A stretch of DNA of 64,000 nt from Auanema rhodensis. Its lineage: Eukaryota > Animalia > Nematoda. This document shows positions 27,814-42,800 of the stretch, piece by piece. Made by a program: the position numbers and the translations under genes. The first letter of the stretch is position 1. Each line of letters opens with the position of its first letter. The notes under the pieces are model-generated. The model saw only the letters and a program-made list of their open reading frames with translations. It ran no database searches and had not been told where the DNA came from. The stretch spans positions 9,486,001 to 9,550,000 of the forward strand of contig OZ059897.1 in NCBI GenBank assembly GCA_964057225.1, written 5' to 3'.

Positions 27814-30800
27814 GCCCGGTTAGCTCAGTCGGTAGAGCACCAGACTCTTAATCTGGCTGTCGCGGGTTCGAGCCCCGCATCGGGCTTTGAGTTTTACCTT
27901 TTATTTGAAATTATAACGTTTATTTTGAAAATTTATTCCTAACCTCTTTCTGATCAGATAGATTTCTGTAGATGTAACATTGTTTCAGTTCTTAGAACTC
28001 TGTTTAAGTGTTTTCAAACTTTGTATAGATAACAAGAAAAATGAAATGATAGAGATAGAACACTTCTAAGATCTTGATCCAAGGTTTTTCTGACGGACTG
28101 ATCCATTAGAACCAAAGATTACAAGAATTATTCTGATTTCACCTGCATAAAGATCCAGTAGAAAATTACCTTTTGCTCTGAACATCTAAATGATTCAATA
28201 CAATATCAGAAATCACAGCCCGGTTAGCTCAGTCGGTAGAGCACCAGACTCTTAATCTGGCTGTCGCGGGTTCGAGCCCCGCATCGGGCTTTAAGTTTTA
28301 CCTTTTATTTGAAATTATAACGTTTATTTTGAAAATTTATTCCTAACCTCTTTCTGATCAGATAGAATTCTGTAGATGTAACATTGTTTCAGTTCTTAGA
28401 ACTCTGTTTAAGTGTTTTCAAACTTTGTATAGATACCGAGAAAAATGAAATGATAGAGATAGAACACTTCTAAGATCTTGATCCAAGGTTTTTCTGACGG
28501 ACTGATCCATTAGAACCAAAGATTACAAGAATTATTCTGATTTCACCTGCATAAAGATCCAGTAGAAAATTACCTTTTGCTCTGAACATCTAAATGATTC
28601 AATACAATATCAGAAATCACAGCCCGGTTAGCTCAGTCGGTAGAGCACCAGACTCTTAATCTGGCTGTCGCGGGTTCGAGCCCCGCATCGGGCTTTAAGT
28701 TTTACCTTTTATTTGAAATTATAACGTTTATTTTGAAAATTTATTCCTAACCTCTTTCTGATCAGATAGAATTCTGTAGATGTAACATTGTTTCAGTTCT
28801 TAGAACTCTGTTTAAGTGTTTTCAAACTTTGTATAGATAACAAGAAAAATGAAATGATAGAGATAGAACACTTCTGAGATCTTGATCCAAGGTTTTTCTG
28901 ACGGACTGATCCATTAGAACCAAAGATTACAAGAATTATTCTGATTTCATCTGCATAAAGATCCAGTAGAAAATTACCTTTTGCTCTGAACATCTAAATG
29001 ATTCAATACAATATCAGAAATCACAGCCCGGTTAGCTCAGTCGGTAGAGCACCAGACTCTTAATCTGGCTGTCGCGGGTTCGAGCCCCGCATCGGGCTTT
29101 GAGTTTAACCTTTTATTTGAAATTATAACGTTTATTTTGAAAATTTATTCCTAACCTCTTTCTGATCAGATAGATTTCTGTAGATGTAACATTGTTTCAG
29201 TTCTTAGAACTCTGTTTAAGTGTTTTCAAACTTTGTATAGATAACAAGAAAAATGAAATGATAGAGATAGAACACTTCTGAGATCTTGATCCAAGGTTTT
29301 TCTGACGGACTGATCCATTAGAACCAATGATTACAAGAATTATTCTGATTTCATCTGCATAAAGATCCAGTAGAAAATTACCTTTTGCTCTGAACATCTA
29401 AATGATTCAATACAATATCAGAAATCACAGCCCGGTTAGCTCAGTCGGTAGAGCACCAGACTCTTAATCTGGCTGTCGCGGGTTCGAGCCCCGCATCGGG
29501 CTTTGAGTTTAACCTTTTATTTGAAATTATAACGTTTATTTTGAAAATTTATTCCTAACCTCTTTCTGATCAGATAGATTTCTGTAGATGTAACATTGTT
29601 TCAGTTCTTAGAACTCTGTTTAAGTGTTTTCAAACTTTGTATAGATAACAAGAAAAATGAAATGATAGAGATAGAACACTTCTGAGATCTTGATCCAAGG
29701 TTTTTCTGACGGACTGATCCATTAGAACCAAAGATTACAAGAATTATTCTGATTTCATCTGCATAAAGATCCAGTAGAAAATTACCTTTTGCTCTGAACA
29801 TCTAAATGATTCAATACAATATCAGAAATCACAGCCCGGTTAGCTCAGTCGGTAGAGCACCAGACTCTTAATCTGGCTGTCGCGGGTTCGAGCCCCGCAT
29901 CGGGCTTTGAGTTTAACCTTTTATTTGAAATTATAACGTTTATTTTGAAAATTTATTCCTAACCTCTTTCTGATCAGATAGATTTCTGTAGATGTAACAT
30001 TGTTTCAGTTCTTAGAACTCTGTTTAAGTGTTTTCAAACTTTGTATAGATAACAAGAAAAATGAAATGATAGAGATAGAACACTTCTGAGATCTTGATCC
30101 AAGGTTTTTCTGACGGACTGATCCATTAGAACCAAAGATTACAAGAATTATTCTGATTTCATCTGCATAAAGATCCAGTAGAAAATTACCTTTTGCTCTG
30201 AACATCTAAATGATTCAATACAATATCAGAAATCACAGCCCGGTTAGCTCAGTCGGTAGAGCACCAGACTCTTAATCTGGCTGTCGCGGGTTCGAGCCCC
30301 GCATCGGGCTTTAAGTTTTACCTTTTATTTGAAATTATAACGTTTATTTTGAAAATTTATTCCTAACCTCTTTCTGATCAGATAGATTTCTGTAGATGTA
30401 ACATTGTTTCAGTTCTTAGAACTCTGTTTAAGTGTTTTCAAACTTTGTATAGATAACAAGAAAAATGAAATGATAGAGATAGAACACTTCTGAGATCTTG
30501 ATCCAAGGTTTTTCTGACGGACTGATCCGTTAGAACCAAATATTACAAGAATTATTCTGATTTCATCTGCATAAAGATCCAGTAGAAAATTACCTTTTGC
30601 TCTGAACATCTAAATGATTCAATACAATATCAGAAATCACAGCCCGGTTAGCTCAGTCGGTAGAGCACCAGACTCTTAATCTGGCTGTCGCGGGTTCGAG
30701 CCCCGCATCGGGCTTTGAGTTTAACCTTTTATTTGAAATTATAACGTTTATTTTGAAAATTTATTCTTAACCTCTTTCTGATCAGATAGATTTCTGTAGA

Positions 30801-33800
30801 TGTAACATTGTTTCAGTTCTTAGAACTCTGTTTAAGTGTTTTCAAACTTTGTATAGATAACAAGAAAAATGAAATGATAGAGATAGAACACTTCTGAGAT
30901 CTTGATCCAAGGTTTTTCTGACGGACTGATCCATTAGAACCAAAGATTACAAGAATTATTCTGATTTCATCTGCATAAAGATCCAGTAGAAAATTACCTT
31001 TTGCTCTGAACATCTAAATGATTCAATACAATATCAGAAATCACAGCCCGGTTAGCTCAGTCGGTAGAGCACCAGACTCTTAATCTGGCTGTCGCGGGTT
31101 CGAGCCCCGCATCGGGCTTTGAGTTTAACCTTTTATTTGAAATTATAACGTTTATTTTGAAAATTTATTCCTAACCTCTTTCTGATCAGATAGATTTCTG
31201 TAGATGTAACATTGTTTCAGTTCTTAGAACTCTGTTTAAGTGTTTTCAAACTTTGTATAGATAACAAGAAAAATGAAATGATAGAGATAGAACACTTCTG
31301 AGATCTTGATCCAAGGTTTTTCTGACGGACTGATCCATTAGAACCAAAGATTACAAGAATTATTCTGATTTCATCTGCATAAAGATCCAGTAGAAAATTA
31401 CCTTTTGCTCTGAACATCTAAATGATTCAATACAATATCAGAAAGCACAGCCCGGTTAGCTCAGTCGGTAGAGCACCAGACTCTTAATCTGGCTGTCGCG
31501 GGTTCGAGCCCCGCATCGGGCTTTGAGTTTTACCTTTTATTTGAAATTATAACGTTTATTTTGAAAATTTATTCCTAACCTCTTTCTGATCAGATAGATT
31601 TCTGTAAATGTAACATTGTTTCAGTTCTTAGAACTCTAATTAAGTGTTTTCAAACTTTGTATAGATAACAAGAAAAATGAAATGATAGAGATAGAACACT
31701 TCTGAGATCTTGATCCAAGGTTTTTCTGACGGACTGATCCATTAGAACCAAATATTACAAGAATTATTCTGATTTCATCTGCATAAAGATCCAGTAGAAA
31801 ATTACCTTTTGCTCTGAACATCTAAATGATTCAATAGAATATCAGAAATCACAGCCCGGTTAGCTCAGTCGGTAGAGCACCAGACTCTTAATCTGGCTGT
31901 CGCGGGTTCGAGCCCCGCATCGGGCTTTAAGTTTTACCTTTTATTTGAAATTATAACGTTTATTTTGAAAATTTATTCCTCACCTCTTTCTGATCAGATA
32001 GAATTCTGTAGATGTAACATTGTTTCAGTTCTTAGAACTCTGTTTAAGTGTTTTCAAACTTTGTATAGATAACAAGAAAAATGAAATGATAGAGATAGAA
32101 CACTTCTGAGATCTTGATCCAAGGTTTTTCTGACGGACTGATCCATTTGAACCAAATATTACAAGAATTATTCTGATTTCACCTGCATAAAGATCCAGTA
32201 GAAAATTACCTTTTGCTCTGAACATCTAAATGATTCAATACAATATCAGAAATCACAGCCCGGTTAGCTCAGTCGGTAGAGCACCAGACTCTTAATCTGG
32301 CTGTCGCGGGTTCGAGCCCCGCATCGGGCTTTGAGTTTTACCTTTTATTTGAAATTATAACGTTTATTTTGAAAATTTATTCCTAACCTCTTTCTGATCA
32401 GATAGAATTCTGTAGATGTAACATTGTTTCAGTTCTTAGAACTCTGTTTAAGTGTTTTCAAACTTTGTATAGATACCAAGAAAAATGAAATGATAGAGAT
32501 AGAACACTTCTAAGATCTTGATCCAAGGTTTTTCTGACGGACTGATCCATTAGAACCAAAGATTACAAGAATTATTCTGATTTCACCTGCATAAAGATCC
32601 AGTAGAAAATTACCTTTTGCTCTGAACATCTAAATGATTCAATACAATATCAGAAATCACAGCCCGGTTAGCTCAGTCGGTAGAGCACCAGACTCTTAAT
32701 CTGGCTGTCGCGGGTTCGAGCCCCGCATCGGGCTTTGAGTTTTACCTTTTATTTGAAATTATAACGTTTATTTTGAAAATTTATTCCTAACCTCTTTCTG
32801 ATCAGATAGATTTCTGTAGATGTAACATTGTTTCAGTTCTTAGAACTCTGTTTAAGTGTTTTCAAACTTTGTATAGATACCAAGAAAAATGAAATGATAG
32901 AGATAGAACACTTCTAAGATCTTGATCCAAGGTTTTTCTGACGGACTGATCCATTAGAACCAAAGATTACAAGAATTATTCTGATTTCACCTGCATAAAG
33001 ATCCAGTAGAAAATTACCTTTTGCTCTGAACATCTAAATGATTCAATACAATATCAGAAATCACAGCCCGGTTAGCTCAGTCGGTAGAGCACCAGACTCT
33101 TAATCTGGCTGTCGCGGGTTCGAGCCCCGCATCGGGCTTTAAGTTTTACCTTTTTTTTGAAATTATAACGTTTATTTTGAAAATTTATTCCTAACCTCTT
33201 TCTGATCAGATAGAATTCTGTAGATGTAACATTGTTTCAGTTCTTAGAACTCTGTTTAAGTGTTTTCAAACTTTGTATAGATAACAAGAAAAATGAAATG
33301 ATAGAGATAGAACACTTCTGAGATCTTGATCCAAGGTTTTTCTGACGGACTGATCCATTAGAACCAAAGATTACAAGAATTATTCTGATTTCATCTGCAT
33401 AAAGATCCAGTAGAAAATTACCTTTTGCTCTGAACATCTAAATGATTCAATACAATATCAGAAATCACAGCCCGGTTAGCTCAGTCGGTAGAGCACCAGA
33501 CTCTTAATCTGGCTGTCGCGGGTTCGAGCCCCGCATCGGGCTTTGAGTTTTACCTTTTATTTGAAATTATAACGTTTATTTTGAAAATTTATTCCTAACC
33601 TCTTTCTGATCAGATAGATTTCTGTAAATGTAACATTGTTTCAGTTCTTAGAACTCTGTTTAAGTGTTTTCAAACTTTGTATAGATAACAAGAAAAATGA
33701 AATGATAGAGATAGAACACTTCTGAGATCTTGATCCAAGGTTTTTCTGACGGACTGATCCATTAGAACCAAAGATTACAAGAATTATTCTGATTTCACCT

Positions 33801-36800
33801 GCATAAAGATCCAGTAGAAAATTACCTTTTCCTCTGAACATCTAAATGATTCAATACAATATCAGAAATCACAGCCCGGTTAGCTCAGTCGGTAGAGCAC
33901 CAGACTCTTAATCTGGCTGTCGCGGGTTCGAGCCCCGCATCGGGCTTTAAGTTTTACCTTTTATTTGAAATTATAACGTTTATTTTGAAAATTTATTCCT
34001 AACCTCTTTCTGATCAGATAGATTTCTGTAGATGTAACATTGTTTCAGTTCTTAGAACTCTGTTTAAGTGTTTTCAAACTTTGTATAGATACCAAGAAAA
34101 ATGAAATGATAGAGATAGAACACTTCTGAGATCTTGATCCAAGGTTTTTCTGACGGACTGATCCATTAGAACCAAAGATTACAAGAATTATTCTGATTTC
34201 ATCTGCATAAAGATCCAGTAGAAAATTACCTTTTGCTCTGAACATCTAAATGATTCAATAGAATATCAGAAATCACAGCCCGGTTAGCTCAGTCGGTAGA
34301 GCACCAGACTCTTAATCTGGCTGTCGCGGGTTCGAGCCCCGCATCGGGCTTTGAGTTTTACCTTTTATTTGAAATTATAACGTTTATTTTGAAAATTTAT
34401 TCCTAACCTCTTTCTGATCAGATAGAATTCTGTAGATGTAACATTGTTTCAGTTCTTAGAACTCTGTTTAAGTGTTTTCAAACTTTGTATAGATACCAAG
34501 AAAAATGAAATGATAGAGATAGAACACTTCTAAGATCTTGATCCAAGGTTTTTCTGACGGACTGATCCATTAGAACCAAAGATTACAAGAATTATTCTGA
34601 TTTCACCTGCATAAAGATCCAGTAGAAAATTACCTTTTGCTCTGAACATCTAAATAATTCAATACAATATCAGAAATCACAGCCCGGTTAGCTCAGTCGG
34701 TAGAGCACCAGACTCTTAATCTGGCTGTCGCGGGTTCGAGCCCCGCATCGGGCTTTAAGTTTTACCTTTTATTTGAAATTATAACGTTTATTTTGAAAAT
34801 TTATTCCTAACCTCTTTCTGATCAGATAGATTTCTGTAAATGTAACATTGTTTCAGTTCTTAGAACTCTGTTTAAGTGTTTTCAAACTTTGTATAGATAA
34901 CAAGAAAAATGAAATGATAGAGATAGAACACTTCTGAGATCTTGATCCAAGGTTTTTCTGACGGACTGATCCATTAGAACCAAATATTACAAGAATTATT
35001 CTGATTTCATCTGCATAAAGATCCAGTAGAAAATTACCTTTTGCTCTGAACATCTAAATGATTCAATAGAATATCAGAAATCACAGCCCGGTTAGCTCAG
35101 TCGGTAGAGCACCAGACTCTTAATCTGGCTGTCGCGGGTTCGAGCCCCGCATCGGGCTTTAAGTTTTACCTTTTATTTGAAATTATAACGTTTATTTTGA
35201 AAATTTATTCCTCACCTCTTTCTGATCAGATAGAATTCTGTAGATGTAACATTGTTTCAGTTCTTAGAACTCTGTTTAAGTGTTTTCAAACTTTGTATAG
35301 ATAACAAGAAAAATGAAATGATAGAGATAGAACACTTCTGAGATCTTGATCCAAGGTTTTTCTGACGGACTGATCCATTTGAACCAAATATTACAAGAAT
35401 TATTCTGATTTCACCTGCATAAAGATCCAGTAGAAAATTACCTTTTGCTCTGAACATCTAAATGATTCAATACAATATCAGAAATCACAGCCCGGTTAGC
35501 TCAGTCGGTAGAGCACCAGACTCTTAATCTGGCTGTCGCGGGTTCGAGCCCCGCATCGGGCTTTAAGTTTTACCTTTTATTTGAAATTATAACGTTTATT
35601 TTGAAAATTTATTCCTAACCTCTTTCTGATCAGATAGAATTCTGTAGATGTAACATTGTTTCAGTTCTTAGAACTCTGTTTAAGTGTTTTCAAACTTTGT
35701 ATAGATACCAAGAAAAATGAAATGATAGAGATAGAACACTTCTAAGATCTTGATCCAAGGTTTTTCTGACGGACTGATCCATTAGAACCAAAGATTACAA
35801 GAATTATTCTGATTTCACCTGCATAAAGATCCAGTAGAAAATTACCTTTTGCTCTGAACATCTAAATGATTCAATACAATATCAGAAATCACAGCCCGGT
35901 TAGCTCAGTCGGTAGAGCACCAGACTCTTAATCTGGCTGTCGCGGGTTCGAGCCCCGCATCGGGCTTTGAGTTTTACCTTTTATTTGAAATTATAACGTT
36001 TATTTTGAAAATTTATTCCTAACCTCTTTCTGATCAGATAGATTTCTGTAGATGTAACATTGTTTCAGTTCTTAGAACTCTGTTTAAGTGTTTTCAAACT
36101 TTGTATAGATACCAAGAAAAATGAAATGATAGAGATAGAACACTTCTAAGATCTTGATCCAAGGTTTTTCTGACGGACTGATCCATTAGAACCAAAGATT
36201 ACAAGAATTATTCTGATTTCACCTGCATAAAGATCCAGTAGAAAATTACCTTTTGCTCTGAACATCTAAATGATTCAATACAATATCAGAAATCACAGCC
36301 CGGTTAGCTCAGTCGGTAGAGCACCAGACTCTTAATCTGGCTGTCGCGGGTTCGAGCCCCGCATCGGGCTTTAAGTTTTACCTTTTATTTGAAATTATAA
36401 CGTTTATTTTGAAAATTTATTCCTAACCTCTTTCTGATCAGATAGAATTCTGTAGATGTAACATTGTTTCAGTTCTTAGAACTCTGTTTAAGTGTTTTCA
36501 AACTTTGTATAGATAACAAGAAAAATGAAATGATAGAGATAGAACACTTCTGAGATCTTGATCCAAGGTTTTTCTGACGGACTGATCCATTAGAACCAAA
36601 GATTACAAGAATTATTCTGATTTCATCTGCATAAAGATCCAGTAGAAAATTACCTTTTTTGCTCTGAACATCTAAATGATTCAATACAATATCAGAAATC
36701 ACAGCCCGGTTAGCTCAGTCGGTAGAGCACCAGACTCTTAATCTGGCTGTCGCGGGTTCGAGCCCCGCATCGGGCTTTGAGTTTTACCTTTTATTTGAAA

Positions 36801-39800
36801 TTATAACGTTTATTTTGAAAATTTATTCCTAACCTCTTTCTGATCAGATAGATTTCTGTAAATGTAACATTGTTTCAGTTCTTAGAACTCTGTTTAAGTG
36901 TTTTCAAACTTTGTATAGATAACAAGAAAAATGAAATGATAGAGATAGAACACTTCTGAGATCTTGATCCAAGGTTTTTCTGACGGACTGATCCATTAGA
37001 ACCAAAGATTACAAGAATTATTCTGATTTCACCTGCATAAAGATCCAGTAGAAAATTACCTTTTCCTCTGAACATCTAAATGATTCAATACAATATCAGA
37101 AATCACAGCCCGGTTAGCTCAGTCGGTAGAGCACCAGACTCTTAATCTGGCTGTCGCGGGTTCGAGCCCCGCATCGGGCTTTAAGTTTTACCTTTTATTT
37201 GAAATTATAACGTTTATTTTGAAAATTTATTCCTAACCTCTTTCTGATCAGATAGATTTCTGTAGATGTAACATTGTTTCAGTTCTTAGAACTCTGTTTA
37301 AGTGTTTTCAAACTTTGTATAGATACCAAGAAAAATGAAATGATAGAGATAGAACACTTCTGAGATCTTGATCCAAGGTTTTTCTGACGGACTGATCCAT
37401 TAGAACCAAAGATTACAAGAATTATTCTGATTTCATCTGCATAAAGATCCAGTAGAAAATTACCTTTTGCTCTGAACATCTAAATGATTCAATACAATAT
37501 CAGAAATCACAGCCCGGTTAGCTCAGTCGGTAGAGCACCAGACTCTTAATCTGGCTGTCGCGGGTTCGAGCCCCGCATCGGGCTTTGAGTTTTACCTTTT
37601 ATTTGAAATTATAACGTTTATTTTGAAAATTTATTCCTAACCTCTTTCTGATCAGATAGATTTCTGTAAATGTAACATTGTTTCAGTTCTTAGAACTCTG
37701 TTTAAGTGTTTTCAAACTTTGTATAGATAACAAGAAAAATGAAATGATAGAGATAGAACACTTCTGAGATCTTGATCCAAGGTTTTTCTGACGGACTGAT
37801 CCATTAGAACCAAAGATTACAAGATTTATTCTGATTTCATCTGCATAAAGATCCAGTAGAAAATTACCTTTTGCTCTGAACATCTAAATGATTCAATAGA
37901 ATATCAGAAATCACAGCCCGGTTAGCTCAGTCGGTAGAGCACCAGACTCTTAATCTGGCTGTCGCGGGTTCGAGCCCCGCATCGGGCTTTGAGTTTTACC
38001 TTTTATTTGAAATTATAACGTTTATTTTGAAAATTTATTCCTAACCTCTTTCTGATCAGATAGATTTCTGTAAATGTAACATTGTTTCAGTTCTTAGAAC
38101 TCTGTTTAAGTGTTTTCAAACTTTGTATAGATAACAAGAAAAATGAAATGATAGAGATAGAACACTTCTGAGATCTTGATCCAAGGTTTTTCTGACGGAC
38201 TGATCCATTAGAACCAAAGATTACAAGATTTATTCTGATTTCATCTGCATAAAGATCCAGTAGAAAATTACCTTTTGCTCTGAACATCTAAATGATTCAA
38301 TAGAATATCAGAAATCACAGCCCGGTTAGCTCAGTCGGTAGAGCACCAGACTCTTAATCTGGCTGTCGCGGGTTCGAGCCCCGCATCGGGCTTTGAGTTT
38401 TACCTTTTATTTGAAATTATAACGTTTATTTTGAAAATTTATTCCTAACCTCTTTCTGATCAGATAGAATTCTGTAGATGTAACATTGTTTCAGTTCTTA
38501 GAACTCTGTTTAAGTGTTTTCAAACTTTGTATAGATACCAAGAAAAATGAAATGATAGAGATAGAACACTTCTAAGATCTTGATCCAAGGTTTTTCTGAC
38601 GGACTGATCCATTAGAACCAAAGATTACAAGAATTATTCTGATTTCACCTGCATAAAGATCCAGTAGAAAATTACCTTTTGCTCTGAACATCTAAATAAT
38701 TCAATACAATATCAGAAATCACAGCCCGGTTAGCTCAGTCGGTAGAGCACCAGACTCTTAATCTGGCTGTCGCGGGTTCGAGCCCCGCATCGGGCTTTAA
38801 GTTTTACCTTTTATTTGAAATTATAACGTTTATTTTGAAAATTTATTCCTAACCTCTTTCTGATCAGATAGAATTCTGTAGATGTAACATTGTTTCAGTT
38901 CTTAGAACTCTGTTTAAGTGTTTTCAAACTTTGTATAGATAACAAGAAAAATGAAATGATAGAGATAGAACACTTCTGAGATCTTGATCCAAGGTTTTTC
39001 TGACGGACTGATCCATTAGAACCAAAGATTACAAGAATTATTCTGATTTCACCTGCATAAAGATCCAGTAGAAAATTACCTTTTGCTCTGAACATCTAAA
39101 TAATTCAATACAATATCAGAAATCACAGCCCGGTTAGCTCAGTCGGTAGAGCACCAGACTCTTAATCTGGCTGTCGCGGGTTCGAGCCCCGCATCGGGCT
39201 TTAAGTTTTACCTTTTATTTGAAATTATAACGTTTATTTTGAAAATTTATTCCTAACCTCTTTCTGATCAGATAGAATTCTGTAGATGTAACATTGTTTC
39301 AGTTCTTAGAACTCTGTTTAAGTGTTTTCAAACTTTGTATAGATAACAAGAAAAATGAAATGATAGAGATAGAACACTTCTGAGATCTTGATCCAAGGTT
39401 TTTCTGACGGACTGATCCATTAGAACCAAAGATTACAAGAATTATTCTGATTTCATCTGCATAAAGATCCAGTAGAAAATTACCTTTTGCTCTGAACATC
39501 TAAATGATTCAATACAATATCAGAAATCACAGCCCGGTTAGCTCAGTCGGTAGAGCACCAGACTCTTAATCTGGCTGTCGCGGGTTCGAGCCCCGCATCG
39601 GGCTTTGAGTTTAACCTTTTATTTGAAATTATAACGTTTATTTTGAAAATTTATTCCTAACCTCTATCTGATCAGATAGAATTCTGTAGATGTAACATTG
39701 TTTCAGTTCTTAGAACTCTGTTTAAGTGTTCTCAAACTTTGTATAGATAACAAGAAAAATGAAATGATAGAGATAGAACACTTCTGAGATCTTGATCCAA

Positions 39801-42800
39801 GGTTTTTCTGACGGACTGATCCATTAGAACCAAAGATTACAAGAATTATTCTGATTTCATCTGCATAAAGATCCAGTAGAAAATTACCTTTTGCTCTGAA
39901 CATCTAAATGATTCAATAGAATATCAGAAATCACAGCCCGGTTAGCTCAGTCGGTAGAGCACCAGACTCTTAATCTGGCTGTCGCGGGTTCGAGCCCCGC
40001 ATCGGGCTTTAAGTTTTACCTTTTATTTGAAATTATAACGTTTATTTTGAAAATTTATTCCTAACCTCTTTCTGATCAGATAGAATTCTGTAGATGTAAC
40101 ATTGTTTCAGTTCTTAGAACTCTGTTTAAGTGTTTTCAAACTTTGTATAGATAACAAGAAAAATGAAATGATAGAGATAGAACACTTCTGAGATCTTGAT
40201 CCAAGGTTTTTCTGACGGACTGATCCATTAGAACCAAATATTACAAGAATTATTCTGATTTCATCTGCATAAAGATCCAGTAGAAAATTACCTTTTGCTC
40301 TGAACATCTAAATGATTCAATAGAATATCAGAAATCACAGCCCGGTTAGCTCAGTCGGTAGAGCACCAGACTCTTAATCTGGCTGTCGCGGGTTCGAGCC
40401 CCGCATCGGGCTTTGAGTTTAACCTTTTATTTGAAATTATAACGTTTATTTAAAAATTTATTAATAACCTCTTTCTGATCAGATAGAATTCTGTAGATGT
40501 AACATTGTTTCAGTTCTTAGAACTCTGTTTAAGTGTTTTCAAACTTTGTATAGATAACAAGAAAAATGAAATGATAGAGATAGAACACTTCTGAGATCTT
40601 GATCCAAGGTTTTTCTGACGGACTGATCCATTAGAACCAAAGATTACAAGAATTATTCTGATTTCACCTGCATAAAGATCCAGTAGAAAATTACCTTTTG
40701 CTCTGAACATCTAAATGATTCAATACAATATCAGAAATCACAGCCCGGTTAGCTCAGTCGGTAGAGCACCAGACTCTTAATCTGGCTGTCGCGGGTTCGA
40801 GCCCCGCATCGGGCTTTGAGTTTAACCTTTTATTTGAAATTATAACGTTTATTTTGAAAATTTATTCCTAACCTCTTTCTGATCAGATAGAATTCTGTAG
40901 ATGTAACATTGTTTCAGTTCTTAGAACTCTGTTTAAGTGTTTTCAAACTTTGTATAGATAACAAGAAAAATGAAATGATAGAGATAGAACACTTCTGAGA
41001 TCTTGATCCAAGGTTTTTCTGACGGACTGATCCATTAGAACCAAAGATTACAAGAATTATTCTGATTTCATCTGCATAAAGATCCAGTAGAAAATTACCT
41101 TTTGCTCTGAACATCTAAATGATTCAATACAATATCAGAAATCACAGCCCGGTTAGCTCAGTCGGTAGAGCACCAGACTCTTAATCTGGCTGTCGCGGGT
41201 TCGAGCCCCGCATCGGGCTTTGAGTTTAACCTTTTATTTGAAATTATAACGTTTATTTTGAAAATTTATTCCTAACCTCTATCTGATCAGATAGAATTCT
41301 GTAGATGTAACATTGTTTCAGTTCTTAGAACTCTGTTTAAGTGTTTTCAAACTTTGTATAGATAACAAGAAAAATGAAATGATAGAGATAGAACACTTCT
41401 GAGATCTTGATCCAAGGTTTTTCTGACGGACTGATCCATTAGAACCAAAGATTACAAGAATTATTCTGATTTCATCTGCATAAAGATCCAGTAGAAAATT
41501 ACCTTTTGCTCTGAACATCTAAATGATTCAATACAATATCAGAAATCACAGCCCGGTTAGCTCAGTCGGTAGAGCACCAGACTCTTAATCTGGCTGTCGC
41601 GGGTTCGAGCCCCGCATCGGGCTTTGAGTTTAACCTTTTATTTGAAATTATAACGTTTATTTTGAAAATTTATTCCTAACCTCTTTCTGATCAGATAGAA
41701 TTCTGAAGATGTAACATTGTTTCAGTTCTTAGAACTCTGTTTAAGTGTTTTCAAACTTTGTATAGATAACAAGAAAAATGAAATGATAGAGATAGAACAC
41801 TTCTGAGATCTTGATCCAAGGTTTTTCTGACGGACTGATCCATTAGAACCAAATATTACAAGAATTATTCTGATTTCATCTGCATAAAGATCCAGTAGAA
41901 AATTACCTTTTGCTCTGAACATCTAAATGATTCAATAGAATATCAGAAATCACAGCCCGGTTAGCTCAGTCGGTAGAGCACCAGACTCTTAATCTGGCTG
42001 TCGCGGGTTCGAGCCCCGCATCGGGCTTTGAGTTTTACCTTTTATTTGAAATTATAACGTTTATTTTGAAAATTTATTCCTAACCTCTTTCTGATCAGAT
42101 AGAATTCTGTAGATGTAACATTGTTTCAGTTCTTAGAACTCTGTTTAAGTGTTTTCAAACTTTGTATAGATACCAAGAAAAATGAAATGATAGAGATAGA
42201 ACACTTCTAAGATCTTGATCCAAGGTTTTTCTGACGGACTGATCCATTAGAACCAAAGATTACAAGAATTATTCTGATTTCACCTGCATAAAGATCCAGT
42301 AGAAAATTACCTTTTGCTCTGAACATCTAAATAATTCAATACAATATCAGAAATCACAGCCCGGTTAGCTCAGTCGGTAGAGCACCAGACTCTTAATCTG
42401 GCTGTCGCGGGTTCGAGCCCCGCATCGGGCTTTAAGTTTTACCTTTTATTTGAAATTATAACGTTTATTTTGAAAATTTATTCCTAACCTCTTTCTGATC
42501 AGATAGAATTCTGTAGATGTAACATTGTTTCAGTTCTTAGAACTCTGTTTAAGTGTTTTCAAACTTTGTATAGATAACAAGAAAAATGAAATGATAGAGA
42601 TAGAACACTTCTGAGATCTTGATCCAAGGTTTTTCTGACGGACTGATCCATTAGAACCAAAGATTACAAGAATTATTCTGATTTCATCTGCATAAAGATC
42701 CAGTAGAAAATTACCTTTTGCTCTGAACATCTAAATGATTCAATACAATATCAGAAATCACAGCCCGGTTAGCTCAGTCGGTAGAGCACCAGACTCTTAA

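Noticed and set aside
36654-36660. Homopolymer length changes (+2 T here, +1 T near 62430) giving 77-aa and 60-aa ORF variants
   Set aside because: These are singleton homopolymer indels, explained by slippage or sequencing error.
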